Assembly: GCA_041447175.1 (NCBI GenBank)
Contig: CP166960.1
Span: 199,118 to 231,117, forward strand
Length of the DNA stretch: 32,000 nt
Reading direction: 5' to 3'
Origin: Candidatus Bathyarchaeia archaeon
GTDB taxonomy: Archaea > Thermoproteota > Bathyarchaeia > Bathyarchaeales > Bathycorpusculaceae
Position 1 is the stretch's first letter, and each line of letters begins with the position of its first letter. Below, in pieces: positions 7,628 to 16,327 of this stretch. The notes below the pieces were generated by a model. It saw only the letters and a list, made by a program, of their open reading frames with translations, had not been told where the DNA came from and did no database searches. The translations under genes and the position numbers were made by a program.

Positions 7628-9949
7628 ATGTTCAAAACGCCCAGAAATTACCTATTGTTGGTTCTAGTTCTGGTTTTCTCTTTTATTTATCGTGTTGTTT
7701 TGATGTTGCGTCAAACTTTTCCGCCTGGCGCCGACATTGGGCTTCACAACAGCATTGTTTACTCAATAACGCAGTCAGGCAGCACAAACTTTCTTTACAA
7801 CTCCTACCATATGGGTGGTGGTTCCTCAGTTACTTTTCCAGGCTACCACATCTTTGTTTCCTACATAGTGCTGCTCACAGGTATGCCTGACTTTGTTGCA
7901 CATGCCTTAGTGGTTTCCCTTTTTTCTTCCCTGATTGTTTTGGTTGCTTTCTTGATTACCCGCAAAATCTGGAATGTACCCGCCGCATTGATTGTGGCTT
8001 TTCTGGTTGCGGTCTCCCGTTTTGACATAGAAATGCTGATGTGGGGCGGCTACCCAAACGTAGTAACTTTGATGCTTATCCCTTTGGTTTTCTTTTTGTT
8101 TTTAGAGATGGACCGCTTTTCTATGGCGCCCTTCTTGGCAATCACTTCCCTGCTTTGTGGTGCCATATTTCTTACGCATTCGCTGAGTTCAGTGATTTTT
8201 ATTGCAATAACATTTGCAGCAGTGTTTTTCGGTCTACTATTGTCGCGACGAATCGGCGAAAAACGCACCAACTTCATCGCGTGGCTTATGCCGGTGTTTT
8301 TAGGTGCCTTGTTCATTGCTCCTTTCTTGATTGAAGTTGCACCCGCGTACTTGGGTGCGGACGCCGCAGCCTTCACAGGGGGCACCGCAGATATTCGGCA
8401 AGCGTTAATTTCCACAAAGATTCTGCCCTTGGAAATTGTGGTGCCACTTTTTGTGTTTGTTTCGCTTTTCTTTTTGTTCTCCAAATACTACATGGGCAAA
8501 TACTTGACTATGCCCACTATTCTGCTGGTTTTGTGGTGGCTAATTCCCGCTTGCCTTACTCAAGGGTACTTGGTGGGTTTATACACTGACTACAACCGTT
8601 TCCTGTACTTTGTCCTCTTCCCCGTTATAATGATGATTGGCCTGGGGCTCTATCACAGCGCACGGTTCTTTGCCCAAGCAACCCACTGGCTAATCTCCGC
8701 AGTCAAAGAGCTCCCCCAAGTCCGACTAAGCAACAGCAAAACCCTGCGACGCCTAATGCCTAAACTTGAACGCGGCAACTTCCTGCTATTGTTCATGCTC
8801 GTTTTCCTGCTGGTCGCCTTCTTAGCCGTACCCCTGTTTGCCACCCCCTCCGAAGGCATAACCGTGCAAAGTTACTACCAACTCATGAACCAACCCAAAT
8901 ACGACGCCATTCAATGGTCAAAAAACAACACCCCCACAAATGCCCTCTTCCTCACCGACGCCCAATACGGCTGGTGGTTTGGAGGCTTTGCCCAACGCCC
9001 CACCATAAGCGCCGTGGAACCCCAATACCTAACAAACAGCCGAGAGGTTGAACCCGCCAAAGTCGCCAGCGCCGTTTTAGACACTGACTTCCTTGTGGAT
9101 AACGGCTTAATTCAGGTCCGAGAAGACGGCGGATACATCTCCCGCCACAACCCCGTGTTCTTGGCGAAACTCAACAACTCCTACTTCCCCTACGGCTTCT
9201 TCAACTTCAACAACAATGAAATCACCCTAACCTACCGCGACGCCGACAACAAAGTTTACATAACCGACCTCTCAACAGCCCCTGTGACTGACCAGCATCT
9301 GGAAAACGGCAGCGACTACGCCACCATATCCGTGACGCACGCCACCGCCGACTTCAACTTTACTCAGCAAACCACCATTTACCAAGGCAAAAACTTTGCA
9401 AACATGAACATATCACTCGCAGCTGTCAACCCCGACGTAACCTTTGACTCCCTTCGCCTGCTTTTGCACACCAAAGGCATTTGTGTGCAAGGCCAAAACC
9501 AAAGTAGCCTCGCGTTTTTTGATACTAACATGAAGGTTGCGGGGCAACTCATCTTTACGGACGGCCAACCTGCAACAAAAATTTTCACTATGGAGAACCC
9601 TAGCAGTCTTGAAATGGTCTACAACCTTAACGGCAACAGTCAGGGAGAAGTCGGTTTATACGCGGGTGTTTACCAGTACGCCGAAAACCCCGACCCCCAC
9701 CTCTCCGCCGCAGATCAGACTGCGTATTATCAGGAGATGGTTGTGAACCACACCCAAACCTACCAAGACACGCTGTCCGATGCCCCCATAGAAGCCGTTG
9801 AGTACCGCCAAGCCTTAGCCCAGCAAAACATCTCCTACGTGGCAGTTCGCGACTCTGAACAATGGCCCCGCTTCGCCAAAGACCCCGCATTTAGCCTCGT
9901 CTTTATTAACAATGAGGTTGCCATATTCCAAGTGCACACAACAACATAG
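7628..9949 (+). CDS. Large polytopic membrane protein with C-terminal soluble domain, GT-C-fold glycosyltransferase candidate (STT3/AglB- or PMT/ArnT-like)
   Basis: ATG with AGGAAGG 8-14 nt upstream. About 12-13 hydrophobic helices over the first ~420 aa. First-loop acidic motif PPGADIGLHNS. After the last TM helix comes AIQWSKNNTPTNALFLTDAQYGWWFGGF. This resembles the STT3/AglB context (..W..eNTP.davv.sWWDYG..) but the Asp and Tyr are replaced. Paralogous to the next gene (MWGGYPNVVTL vs NSWGGYTSILSL). Confidence 0.5.
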   Translation: MFKTPRNYLLLVLVLVFSFIYRVVLMLRQTFPPGADIGLHNSIVYSITQSGSTNFLYNSYHMGGGSSVTFPGYHIFVSYIVLLTGMPDFVAHALVVSLFSSLIVLVAFLITRKIWNVPAALIVAFLVAVSRFDIEMLMWGGYPNVVTLMLIPLVFFLFLEMDRFSMAPFLAITSLLCGAIFLTHSLSSVIFIAITFAAVFFGLLLSRRIGEKRTNFIAWLMPVFLGALFIAPFLIEVAPAYLGADAAAFTGGTADIRQALISTKILPLEIVVPLFVFVSLFFLFSKYYMGKYLTMPTILLVLWWLIPACLTQGYLVGLYTDYNRFLYFVLFPVIMMIGLGLYHSARFFAQATHWLISAVKELPQVRLSNSKTLRRLMPKLERGNFLLLFMLVFLLVAFLAVPLFATPSEGITVQSYYQLMNQPKYDAIQWSKNNTPTNALFLTDAQYGWWFGGFAQRPTISAVEPQYLTNSREVEPAKVASAVLDTDFLVDNGLIQVREDGGYISRHNPVFLAKLNNSYFPYGFFNFNNNEITLTYRDADNKVYITDLSTAPVTDQHLENGSDYATISVTHATADFNFTQQTTIYQGKNFANMNISLAAVNPDVTFDSLRLLLHTKGICVQGQNQSSLAFFDTNMKVAGQLIFTDGQPATKIFTMENPSSLEMVYNLNGNSQGEVGLYAGVYQYAENPDPHLSAADQTAYYQEMVVNHTQTYQDTLSDAPIEAVEYRQALAQQNISYVAVRDSEQWPRFAKDPAFSLVFINNEVAIFQVHTTT

Positions 9950-9975
9950 TAAAGTCAAGATGGGGACCACACTGG

Positions 9976-12309
9976 TTGGTTGGCTTGGGCACAAAACAAA
10001 AAAACTTAGAAGTAATCTTCACAGGCGTCTTTTCGGTGCTGGTCTTCGTACTGTTCTACTTCTTTGTGGGCGCCAACGGCTTAGTCTTGGGCAACGACCC
10101 CGCCGTGCACTTAGAAACCGCCAAGTACTTCCTATCCACCGGAAGCCTGCCTCTGACCAGTATTCTTTGGCTGCCCCCATTGTATCATCTTGCGCTCTCC
10201 ACTTTCATCTCCTTCACCGGCGCCGTAACCGTGGACCAACAGCTTTTCGTCATAAAAGCCATAACCGCCCTCATGGACTGGCTGCTGGTCTTCTCCGTTT
10301 ACCAGTTGGCAGCCAAATTCTTCAACAAAACCACTGGCGTCATCGCCGCTTCCCTGCTACTGCTTTGTTTCCCCCTTTACGAGCTCAACAGTTGGGGCGG
10401 CTACACCAGCATCCTTAGCTTGGCGTTCATGGCGTTGCTGTTTGTGTATTTAGCGTTGCCTTTGAAGAGTACGGCAAACGCGGTTGTGGCGTTTATTTTG
10501 GCGTTCTCAGTGGTGCTGTCCCATCAGCTTGCCACCTTCATCTCCGTGTTTATCTTGGCGCCTTTCCTTGTTGTGGTGCTGGTGAAGTCCCGCGGCAACT
10601 ACTCCAAAGCCCTTATCGCAGCCGTCATAGGCGGCGGAATCGCTTTTGGCATCTACTACCTGCAGCCCATATTGCCCTACCTTGGCGATTTGGTGGAAAT
10701 TGTGTTTTTCCAAATCCAATCCTACGCCTTCCAAATCCCTGCTGTTAGCTTCAACTCCTTCATGACCTATTTTGGTTTCATCGTGTTTTTCGCCTTCGGC
10801 GGGCTTGTTGTGGCGTATTTTAAGCTTAAAGCTAAGCGGCTGCTGGTCTTCTACTTGCTGCTGGTGTTGGCTTTTTTGATTCCCGTGGGCTTTTCGCAGT
10901 CGTACCTTGTGGGCATTTATTTGCCGTTTCAATGGTTTGTCTATTACATGCTGCCTGCGTTGGTGGTTTTGGCGGCGGTTACCTTCACTTTCCTGATGGA
11001 TACGGCATTTGCGGCTTACTTCAATAACCGCGCTGGGTGGCGTCGGCGTGCCCTCAAAATTCTCAGCGTAGCCTTGGCGGCGGCGTTGGTGGCGGTGATG
11101 GTTTTGCATTTTGGCACGGTTAGCGGCAAGCTGGAGGAGGACGTTGTGTTTTACTCTACCTCGGACATGAACGCTTATCAGGCAGGCGGGTGGATACGGG
11201 AAAACTACCCTGATACGTCGGCGCAGGTTGTTGTTTCCAAGGAGCCTGGGCATTGGTTCTGGGTTTATTCAGGGTTGAATGTGACGGCGGAAACCGACCC
11301 CATCATTGATTGGAACACCAACGCCGAATGCGTACTGGACTTATCCTACGAGTTCACAAACCCGTTGACCATGACGCGGGTTTACACTGCCAAAACCGAC
11401 ATCTCGGACGAAAACTTTGTGCAGTTGAACATGGTTTGGCACCGCATCACCCAAACGCCCCTGGAGAACTCTTACCTTAGTTACCGCGACCAAAACGGAA
11501 CCCTCCATGAATACACGTTGGGCAGCCTCAACCGCGCCATCTCCATGGACACCGTGCATTCGCCCCGTCGCATAAGCGTGGAGTACACCGCGCAGGATTT
11601 CCTGTTGACCCAAAATTTCCTCATGGAAAATAACTCGTACCCCGTGACGGTAACGTGGGAGTTGACGGCGTTAAATGACAACCTCAACTACGTCACCTTC
11701 TACCTAAGCCAATACTTTGACCCCACCATGTCTTTCACACAAGCCAACATCGCGGGTGCCTTGGAGTGGGAGAGCCCGCTGGATAACCCCACCAAAGTGG
11801 CGCCTAACCAGTGGGCAGTCACCAGCTTCACTCGCGAAAACCTGCAGCAAAACAGTTGCATCGACTTCTATGACCCCGACAACCAAACCGCCTACGCCGT
11901 CCGCTTCCTTGACTTGCCCGACTCAGGCAACGTGGGTGCCCTGTGGAACCGCAACGTCGACGCCCTACGCTGGCAGTACACCATGTTTAAAGTGGAAGCC
12001 AACTACACCATTTCACTTAGCTACCAGACACTGGCGTTTTCGCTCACGAGTTACCCTGCAATAAAAGACCCTCACGCCATGGATTCCCTGTTCACTCAAA
12101 CCGTGGAGCCTTTCGAGGTGCAATGCCGCAACTTTGCCTCCATCATCCGCGACAACTACGTCGGCTTCATAGTCTACGACACAACCCGCTTTGACCCCAA
12201 AATTTTGGGTTCGGGGTGGGTGCAGCTGGTTTACTCCAACGACAAGTATTATGTGCTCAAAATAAAATCGGACCACCCCTACGCAAACGTGCTGGAGCCT
12301 GTTGGGTAA
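9976..12309 (+). CDS. Paralogous polytopic membrane protein with C-terminal soluble domain, GT-C-fold glycosyltransferase candidate
   Basis: The frame is open from TTG 9976, with no in-frame ATG until deep in the TM region, so the start is uncertain (TTG 9976/9985 or a downstream GTG). First-loop motif LGNDPAVHLETAKYF is similar to the DPxxxxH(L)R loop of AglB-type enzymes. It has about 12 TM helices, then YPDTSAQVVVSKEPGHWFWVYSG at the equivalent position of the WWDYG motif. C-terminal end: FIVYD...VQLVYSNDKYYVLKIK. Confidence 0.5.
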   Translation: MVGLGTKQKNLEVIFTGVFSVLVFVLFYFFVGANGLVLGNDPAVHLETAKYFLSTGSLPLTSILWLPPLYHLALSTFISFTGAVTVDQQLFVIKAITALMDWLLVFSVYQLAAKFFNKTTGVIAASLLLLCFPLYELNSWGGYTSILSLAFMALLFVYLALPLKSTANAVVAFILAFSVVLSHQLATFISVFILAPFLVVVLVKSRGNYSKALIAAVIGGGIAFGIYYLQPILPYLGDLVEIVFFQIQSYAFQIPAVSFNSFMTYFGFIVFFAFGGLVVAYFKLKAKRLLVFYLLLVLAFLIPVGFSQSYLVGIYLPFQWFVYYMLPALVVLAAVTFTFLMDTAFAAYFNNRAGWRRRALKILSVALAAALVAVMVLHFGTVSGKLEEDVVFYSTSDMNAYQAGGWIRENYPDTSAQVVVSKEPGHWFWVYSGLNVTAETDPIIDWNTNAECVLDLSYEFTNPLTMTRVYTAKTDISDENFVQLNMVWHRITQTPLENSYLSYRDQNGTLHEYTLGSLNRAISMDTVHSPRRISVEYTAQDFLLTQNFLMENNSYPVTVTWELTALNDNLNYVTFYLSQYFDPTMSFTQANIAGALEWESPLDNPTKVAPNQWAVTSFTRENLQQNSCIDFYDPDNQTAYAVRFLDLPDSGNVGALWNRNVDALRWQYTMFKVEANYTISLSYQTLAFSLTSYPAIKDPHAMDSLFTQTVEPFEVQCRNFASIIRDNYVGFIVYDTTRFDPKILGSGWVQLVYSNDKYYVLKIKSDHPYANVLEPVG

Positions 12310-12425
12310 GGAAAATCTGCGTTTGCGGCGTTTGTTGGCTGAGTTTGATGCGTGTACGTATTGGGGAACAGTAAATCATAAAAGCAGCCACACTTCAATC
12401 TTGAAAGGCACAGGACAGTCAAGCT

Positions 12426-12968
12426 ATGCCTACCCGCGGACTATATGTTGGACGATTTCAGCCTTTCCATATAGGTCACCTCGAAGCCATTAAACGGATT
12501 TTGGACGAAGTGGAGGAACTGGTCATAGTCATCGGCAGCGCCCAGTACAGCCACACCAAAGAAAACCCCTTCACCTCAGGCGAGCGGCTTGTCATGATAC
12601 GCAGCGCCTTGGAGGGTGCAAAAGTGGATTTTAGCCGCGTCTGGGTGGTTCCCGTTCCAGACGTGCACCTACACATGATGTGGGTCTCCGCCGTCGAAGG
12701 CTACACGCCCAGCTTCGAAATCGTCTACAGCAACGAGCCCCTCACTAAACGGCTGTTTATGGAGGCAGGCTACAAAATCAAAAACATCCCCTTCATAGAG
12801 CGGCAACTTTACTCTTCAACCATGGTTAGGGAAAAGATGCTGCAAGGCGAAAGCTGGGCTGCACTGGTTCCCAAAGCCGTTGCCGCTCTCGTTGCGGAAA
12901 TTGACGGCGTCAACCGACTCCGCGACCTCAACCAAACCGACAAGCCCGCCGCTGCGGAAGAGCCATGA
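12426..12968 (+). CDS. nadM: Nicotinamide-nucleotide adenylyltransferase (archaeal NadM type)
   Basis: RGLYVGRFQPFHIGHLEAIKRIL..ELVIVIGSAQYSHTKENPFTSGERLVMI is the classic archaeal NMNAT N-terminus with the (H/T)xGH nucleotidyltransferase motif. 180 aa. Confidence 0.9.
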   Translation: MPTRGLYVGRFQPFHIGHLEAIKRILDEVEELVIVIGSAQYSHTKENPFTSGERLVMIRSALEGAKVDFSRVWVVPVPDVHLHMMWVSAVEGYTPSFEIVYSNEPLTKRLFMEAGYKIKNIPFIERQLYSSTMVREKMLQGESWAALVPKAVAALVAEIDGVNRLRDLNQTDKPAAAEEP

Positions 12969-13591
12969 AAGTCCTTGTGGTTCTCGCGCATCCTGACCCC
13001 GGCAGTTTTAATGCGGCTATTGCGAGAACAGCCGTCAACACCCTTACGCAGTTAGGGCACACAGTGGTTTTCCATGACCTTCACGCCGAAGGCTTTAACC
13101 CCCTTATAGAAACCCAAGAAATCCCCTCCGAAGCCCACCTAGAACCAGAAATTCAGCAGCACTGCAACGAGTTAGCGTCCGCCGACGGCATCGTGGTTGT
13201 GCATCCGAATTGGTGGGGGCAACCGCCTGCAGTTCTCAAAGGCTGGATTGACCGCGTTTTCCGTGAAGAGGTGGCGTACCGTTTCGTGGAGGGCGACGGC
13301 GGTGAAGGTGTGCCTGTGGGGTTGCTGAAAGCGAAAAAGGCTGTGGTTTTTAACACTTCAAACACCGCATCCGAGCGGGAGCAGCGTGTATTTGGCGACC
13401 CGTTGGAGACTCTTTGGAAAACCTGCATTTTCGACTTGTGCGGCGTCAAAGAGTTCCACCGCCATGTGTTCAGGGTGGTTATAACCAGTACCCAAACCCA
13501 ACGCAGAACGTGGCTACAAGAAGTCACAGACATAATTAAAAAAGACTTTCCGCAACAAACCACACAGCAATCAACTCAACCTGACAATTAA
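12965..13591 (+). CDS. Flavodoxin-like fold NAD(P)H dehydrogenase (quinone)/FMN reductase family protein
   Basis: MKVLVVLAHPDPGSFNAAIA...ADGIVVVHPNWWGQPPAVLKGWIDRVF is typical of the Flavodoxin_2 (NQO1/MdaB/KefF-like) family. The ATG overlaps the nadM stop as ATGA (12965-12968). Confidence 0.8.
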   Translation: MKVLVVLAHPDPGSFNAAIARTAVNTLTQLGHTVVFHDLHAEGFNPLIETQEIPSEAHLEPEIQQHCNELASADGIVVVHPNWWGQPPAVLKGWIDRVFREEVAYRFVEGDGGEGVPVGLLKAKKAVVFNTSNTASEREQRVFGDPLETLWKTCIFDLCGVKEFHRHVFRVVITSTQTQRRTWLQEVTDIIKKDFPQQTTQQSTQPDN

Positions 13592-13658
13592 GTAAGCTGT
13601 CCTTTACACGAAACGTAATTGAAGATAAAGCAAAAAAAGAGCCTGAAAAAGGGGGCTA

Positions 13659-14210
13659 TTACGGTTCGTCTTCTTGCTTTTGCGGTGCCACTGGGGGCGT
13701 TTCGCTCATTTCTTGGCTGCTTGGCGGCTGAGTTGCGGCTGGGCTGTGCATTTCGCTGGGGACTCGTGTTCTGTATTCTCTTCCCATCTGCATCGCCAAT
13801 GTGTCCGTTAGCACTTTTCGAGCGGCGGGAAAAACGTCACTTTCCTCTACGTTGATGTGGTGGTTCACAACGTCGTAGAGCAAGGAGACTTTTGCCATCC
13901 AACGCTCATCCGCCGCTGCATTGTTAATGTCTTTTATTGCCATCCGCGCAAAGTTGTGTTCTTCGCGGGATTTCACGGCGTAGGCGCGGGTGCTGTTGTT
14001 CTCTTCAAGCTTGGGGTATAGCAGTGCTTCCTCGCCTTTCATGTGAATCTCCAAGGCAGTTGCGGTTTGTGAGAAAACGTCCTGCATTATGCGTCCGCTG
14101 CCCAAGATTTCTTGGAGGCTTGCTTTGATTTGGCGGTGCTCCGCTCTGAGCATGTCATATATGCTGCCTTCTGGGGGCCCTCTGCCGAAAGCCGACCTTA
14201 ACTGTTCCAA
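13659..14210 (-). CDS. Hemerythrin-like (HHE cation-binding) domain protein with Pro/Ser/Glu-rich tail
   Basis: His/Glu motifs are spaced as in hemerythrin four-helix bundles: LRAEHRQI, HMKGEEALLYPKL, SREEHNFARMA, VVNHHINVEESDVFPAA. The C-terminal ~35 aa are low complexity (PAATQPPSSQEMSETPPVAPQKQEDEP). Confidence 0.75.
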   Translation of the reverse strand: MEQLRSAFGRGPPEGSIYDMLRAEHRQIKASLQEILGSGRIMQDVFSQTATALEIHMKGEEALLYPKLEENNSTRAYAVKSREEHNFARMAIKDINNAAADERWMAKVSLLYDVVNHHINVEESDVFPAARKVLTDTLAMQMGREYRTRVPSEMHSPAATQPPSSQEMSETPPVAPQKQEDEP

Positions 14211-14400
14211 AATTTCACCTCCTTAAAAGCCTGTAGGGAGTTTGGCTCGGTGAGAATGTTAATCTAACTGGCTTAACGCTTGATGTTCTTATATGGATTT
14301 GTGGTTGCAACCTGAACGACCTTGGTTTTAGTATATAAGACACTTTTGGTGTTACACTTTTTGGGCGTCTTGTCTGCCTGCAGCTGAAGGTATAAATCTC

Positions 14401-14420
14401 AGTTATACTTTTGTATAACT
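14401..14420. promoter_or_regulatory. Perfect inverted repeat AGTTATAC-TTTT-GTATAACT between a TATA-like box and vapB, candidate VapB operator
   Basis: 8-bp arms are exact reverse complements with a 4-nt spacer. TATAAAT at 14391-14397 lies immediately upstream and the vapB ATG is at 14448. Confidence 0.5.
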
Positions 14421-14447
14421 TGTGGTGAGACTTTGCTTGAAGAGGAA

Positions 14448-14696
14448 ATGAAAGTTGGACCAAAAGGGCAAGTGGTTATCCCTCGCGCGATGCGAAAAGC
14501 CCTAAAAATCGAACCCGGCTCTAAAGTTCTAATCAAGATGGACGATGACAAGCTCATTTTGGAGAAGCCCGATTTTGATGCCGTTGCCGTGTTCGAACGC
14601 ATAGCCAAGGAAATTCACTGCAATACCAAAATAGATCCTCACGCATATGAAGAAGAACTTGAAGAGAGATACAAACGTGCTCTATCTGGACGCTAA
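14448..14696 (+). CDS. vapB: AbrB/SpoVT-domain antitoxin (VapB-like)
   Basis: MKVGPKGQVVIPRAMRKALKIEPGSKVLIKMDDDKLILEKP is a typical looped-hinge-helix AbrB/MazE fold sequence. The ATG at 14448 is preferred over the upstream TTG at 14433 listed in the ORF track. Confidence 0.8.
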   Translation: MKVGPKGQVVIPRAMRKALKIEPGSKVLIKMDDDKLILEKPDFDAVAVFERIAKEIHCNTKIDPHAYEEELEERYKRALSGR

Positions 14697-15096
14697 CGTG
14701 TTCATCTTTGCAGCTATAAATACAGAGGAGCTTGGAGAACAGGCGAGGTCTCTCTTAAGTAGAATTCAGCGTGGGGAAGAAAAAGCGGGAACCTCGGCAT
14801 TGACTTTCGATGAAGTATTTTGGGTTATAAAAAAGCATAATTCAGACCTGGCTTTTGAAGCCTGCCATGCCCTTCTAAATTTTCCGAACTTGGAAATAAT
14901 TGCAGCTAACAAGGAGTTGGCGTCTTCAGCTTTGCAGCTAATCCGAGACTGCCAGCTTCGCCCAAGGGACGCCTTACATGCAGCGACAGCTATCGCGGAG
15001 AAAGCTGACTACATTGTGTCTGAAGACCCCGACTTTGATAGGATAACCCAGCTAAAACGAAAAACGTTAGACACGAACCAAAATTCACCTGGCTAA
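14647..15096 (+). CDS. vapC: PIN-domain ribonuclease toxin (VapC-like)
   Basis: Conserved acidic positions sit in PIN context: LYLDANVF, LTFDEVFWV, PRDALHAATAIA, IVSEDPDFD. The gene overlaps the vapB 3' end. The start may be ATG 14647 or GTG 14677. Confidence 0.8.
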   Translation: MKKNLKRDTNVLYLDANVFIFAAINTEELGEQARSLLSRIQRGEEKAGTSALTFDEVFWVIKKHNSDLAFEACHALLNFPNLEIIAANKELASSALQLIRDCQLRPRDALHAATAIAEKADYIVSEDPDFDRITQLKRKTLDTNQNSPG

Positions 15097-15374
15097 TCGA
15101 TAGTTCTATTTTTCAAACTCGGTTACCCTACCCGGCTTTCTTGTCTTTTGTTGCCTCTTTTGAAAGTATTTTTCGTCCATTTTTTCCTTGCGGGCTGTGG
15201 TTGGTTAAGTTGTAGACATGTTTGTTTTGGTGGTCATTAGCTTATTAGCTTATAGCGGGCGGTTCCTTTTTGGTAGGTGAGTTTCTAATGCTGTTATTGG
15301 GGCGCTGAGTGTCAGGAGGAAAAGCGCTGTTTTGTAGGCTTTTCAGGGAAGGTGTCTCCCACAACTTGCAGACT

Positions 15375-15590
15375 GCGAACCTATTTGGATGCTATTAGTA
15401 ATTGTATGCAGAAAACCGGGGAGGGGGGGGTCGAAGCAAAAAAGCCGAAAACCAACAGTCCACGTGAACCTATTTGCCGCCTAATATTGATTCATTGCAC
15501 AAACCTATAGAGGGTAGGTCGAAGCCTCAAACTGGGAAAGTGTAGAGGGGGATAGGGGTAGGTCAAAACGTAGCCTACCTACCTCCAGCA
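15375..15590 (+). repeat. Intergenic repeat locus: two degenerate tandem units (15375-15437 and 15464-15525, period 89 bp) plus an extension with a GGTAGG/CCTACC hairpin
   Basis: Units share G-GAACCTATTTG..GC.TA.TA.T.ATT..TGCA.AAA.C...GAGGG..GGTCGAAGC. The motif GG(T)AGGTC(G/A)AA(G/A)C recurs at about 15428, 15512 and 15556. An inverted copy lies at 20261-20365. Confidence 0.7.
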
Positions 15591-15742
15591 AACCCTGCCC
15601 AAAAATCCGCCAAACCCAAACCAAAAAGCCGAACCCGCCACATTCAGCAAAGCATCGCCCTCAAATCCGAAATTTGCGTTGGTGAGCATAGCAGATATTA
15701 AGGAGTGCTACGTTAGGTTTTGCGTCATAGAGTTGAAGAGTC

Positions 15743-15934
15743 ATGGCAGAAAGACAAGCAACTTCCCTTTCACTGGTTACCTGCACCAGCTGCGGAAAAC
15801 CCATCGCCCCCGGCAGCGAAGCCACAAAGTTTCCATGCCCAAACTGCGGCGAAATCCAAATCAAACGCGACGGCAAATGCCGCAAATTCGGCAGACCCTA
15901 CAAATGCCCCAAATGCGGCTTCACAGGACCCTAA
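15743..15934 (+). CDS. Zn-ribbon protein (COG2888-type, usually encoded upstream of aEF-1beta)
   Basis: 63 aa with three CxxC-type pairs (CTSCGK, CPNCGE, CPKCGF). It sits directly upstream of EF-1beta, as in many archaea. Confidence 0.8.
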   Translation: MAERQATSLSLVTCTSCGKPIAPGSEATKFPCPNCGEIQIKRDGKCRKFGRPYKCPKCGFTGP

Positions 15935-15946
15935 GAGGCAAAGTAT

Positions 15947-16222
15947 ATGGGCAGCGTAATTGTAACCTACAAAATCTTCCCCGAAGACATCGTCAAAGAC
16001 TTCACCCCCCTCAAAAACGAAATCCAAACCCGCACCCCCGAATACGCAGAAATCACCGGCTACGGCGAAGAACCAATCGCCTTCGGCTTAGTTGCCTTAC
16101 TGGTGCAGCTAAAATTTCCTGAAGACCAACAAGGCATCGTCGACGAGCTCGAAACCAAACTCGCCGACATCCCTGGCATAAGCCAAGTTCAAACATTAAT
16201 GGTGCGCAGAAGCAGCCGATAA
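15947..16222 (+). CDS. ef1b: Translation elongation factor aEF-1 beta
   Basis: 91 aa. VIVTYKIFPEDI...EEPIAFGLVALLVQLKFPED..G..DELE..L..I.GI..V.. matches the archaeal EF-1beta nucleotide-exchange domain. Confidence 0.85.
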   Translation: MGSVIVTYKIFPEDIVKDFTPLKNEIQTRTPEYAEITGYGEEPIAFGLVALLVQLKFPEDQQGIVDELETKLADIPGISQVQTLMVRRSSR

Positions 16223-16327
16223 CCTTCTGCACAACACCAGACAATATTTTTTTCCACGCTCAAACCTTTATATAGTTTACAAAACCATCATTCAAACATC
16301 AATCACACTTACAGGAGCAAATTCTAA

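Noticed and set aside
10507-11253. 248-aa ORF antisense to the second GT-C-like gene
   Set aside because: It lies entirely inside a much longer, hydrophobic, well-behaved CDS on the other strand. Its product is His/Arg/Gln-rich low-complexity sequence with no motif. This is a typical shadow ORF of a moderately GC-rich gene.
12302-12493. 63-aa ORF overlapping the nadM start
   Set aside because: It has a TTG start and an out-of-frame overlap with the strongly supported nadM N-terminus. No motif is present.
15375-15590. Possibility that the tandem units are a CRISPR array or a tRNA-derived att site
   Set aside because: Only two degenerate units are present (about two-thirds identical by eye). 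There is no conserved short repeat/spacer alternation and no cas genes. The GGTCGAAGC motif superficially recalls a T-arm, but no cloverleaf can be drawn and the second locus is inverted rather than direct.
15679-16122. 147-aa ORF overlapping the Zn-ribbon and EF-1beta genes in another frame
   Set aside because: The product is Arg/Pro/Gln-rich and featureless. The two overlapped genes have clear family signatures and standard spacing.
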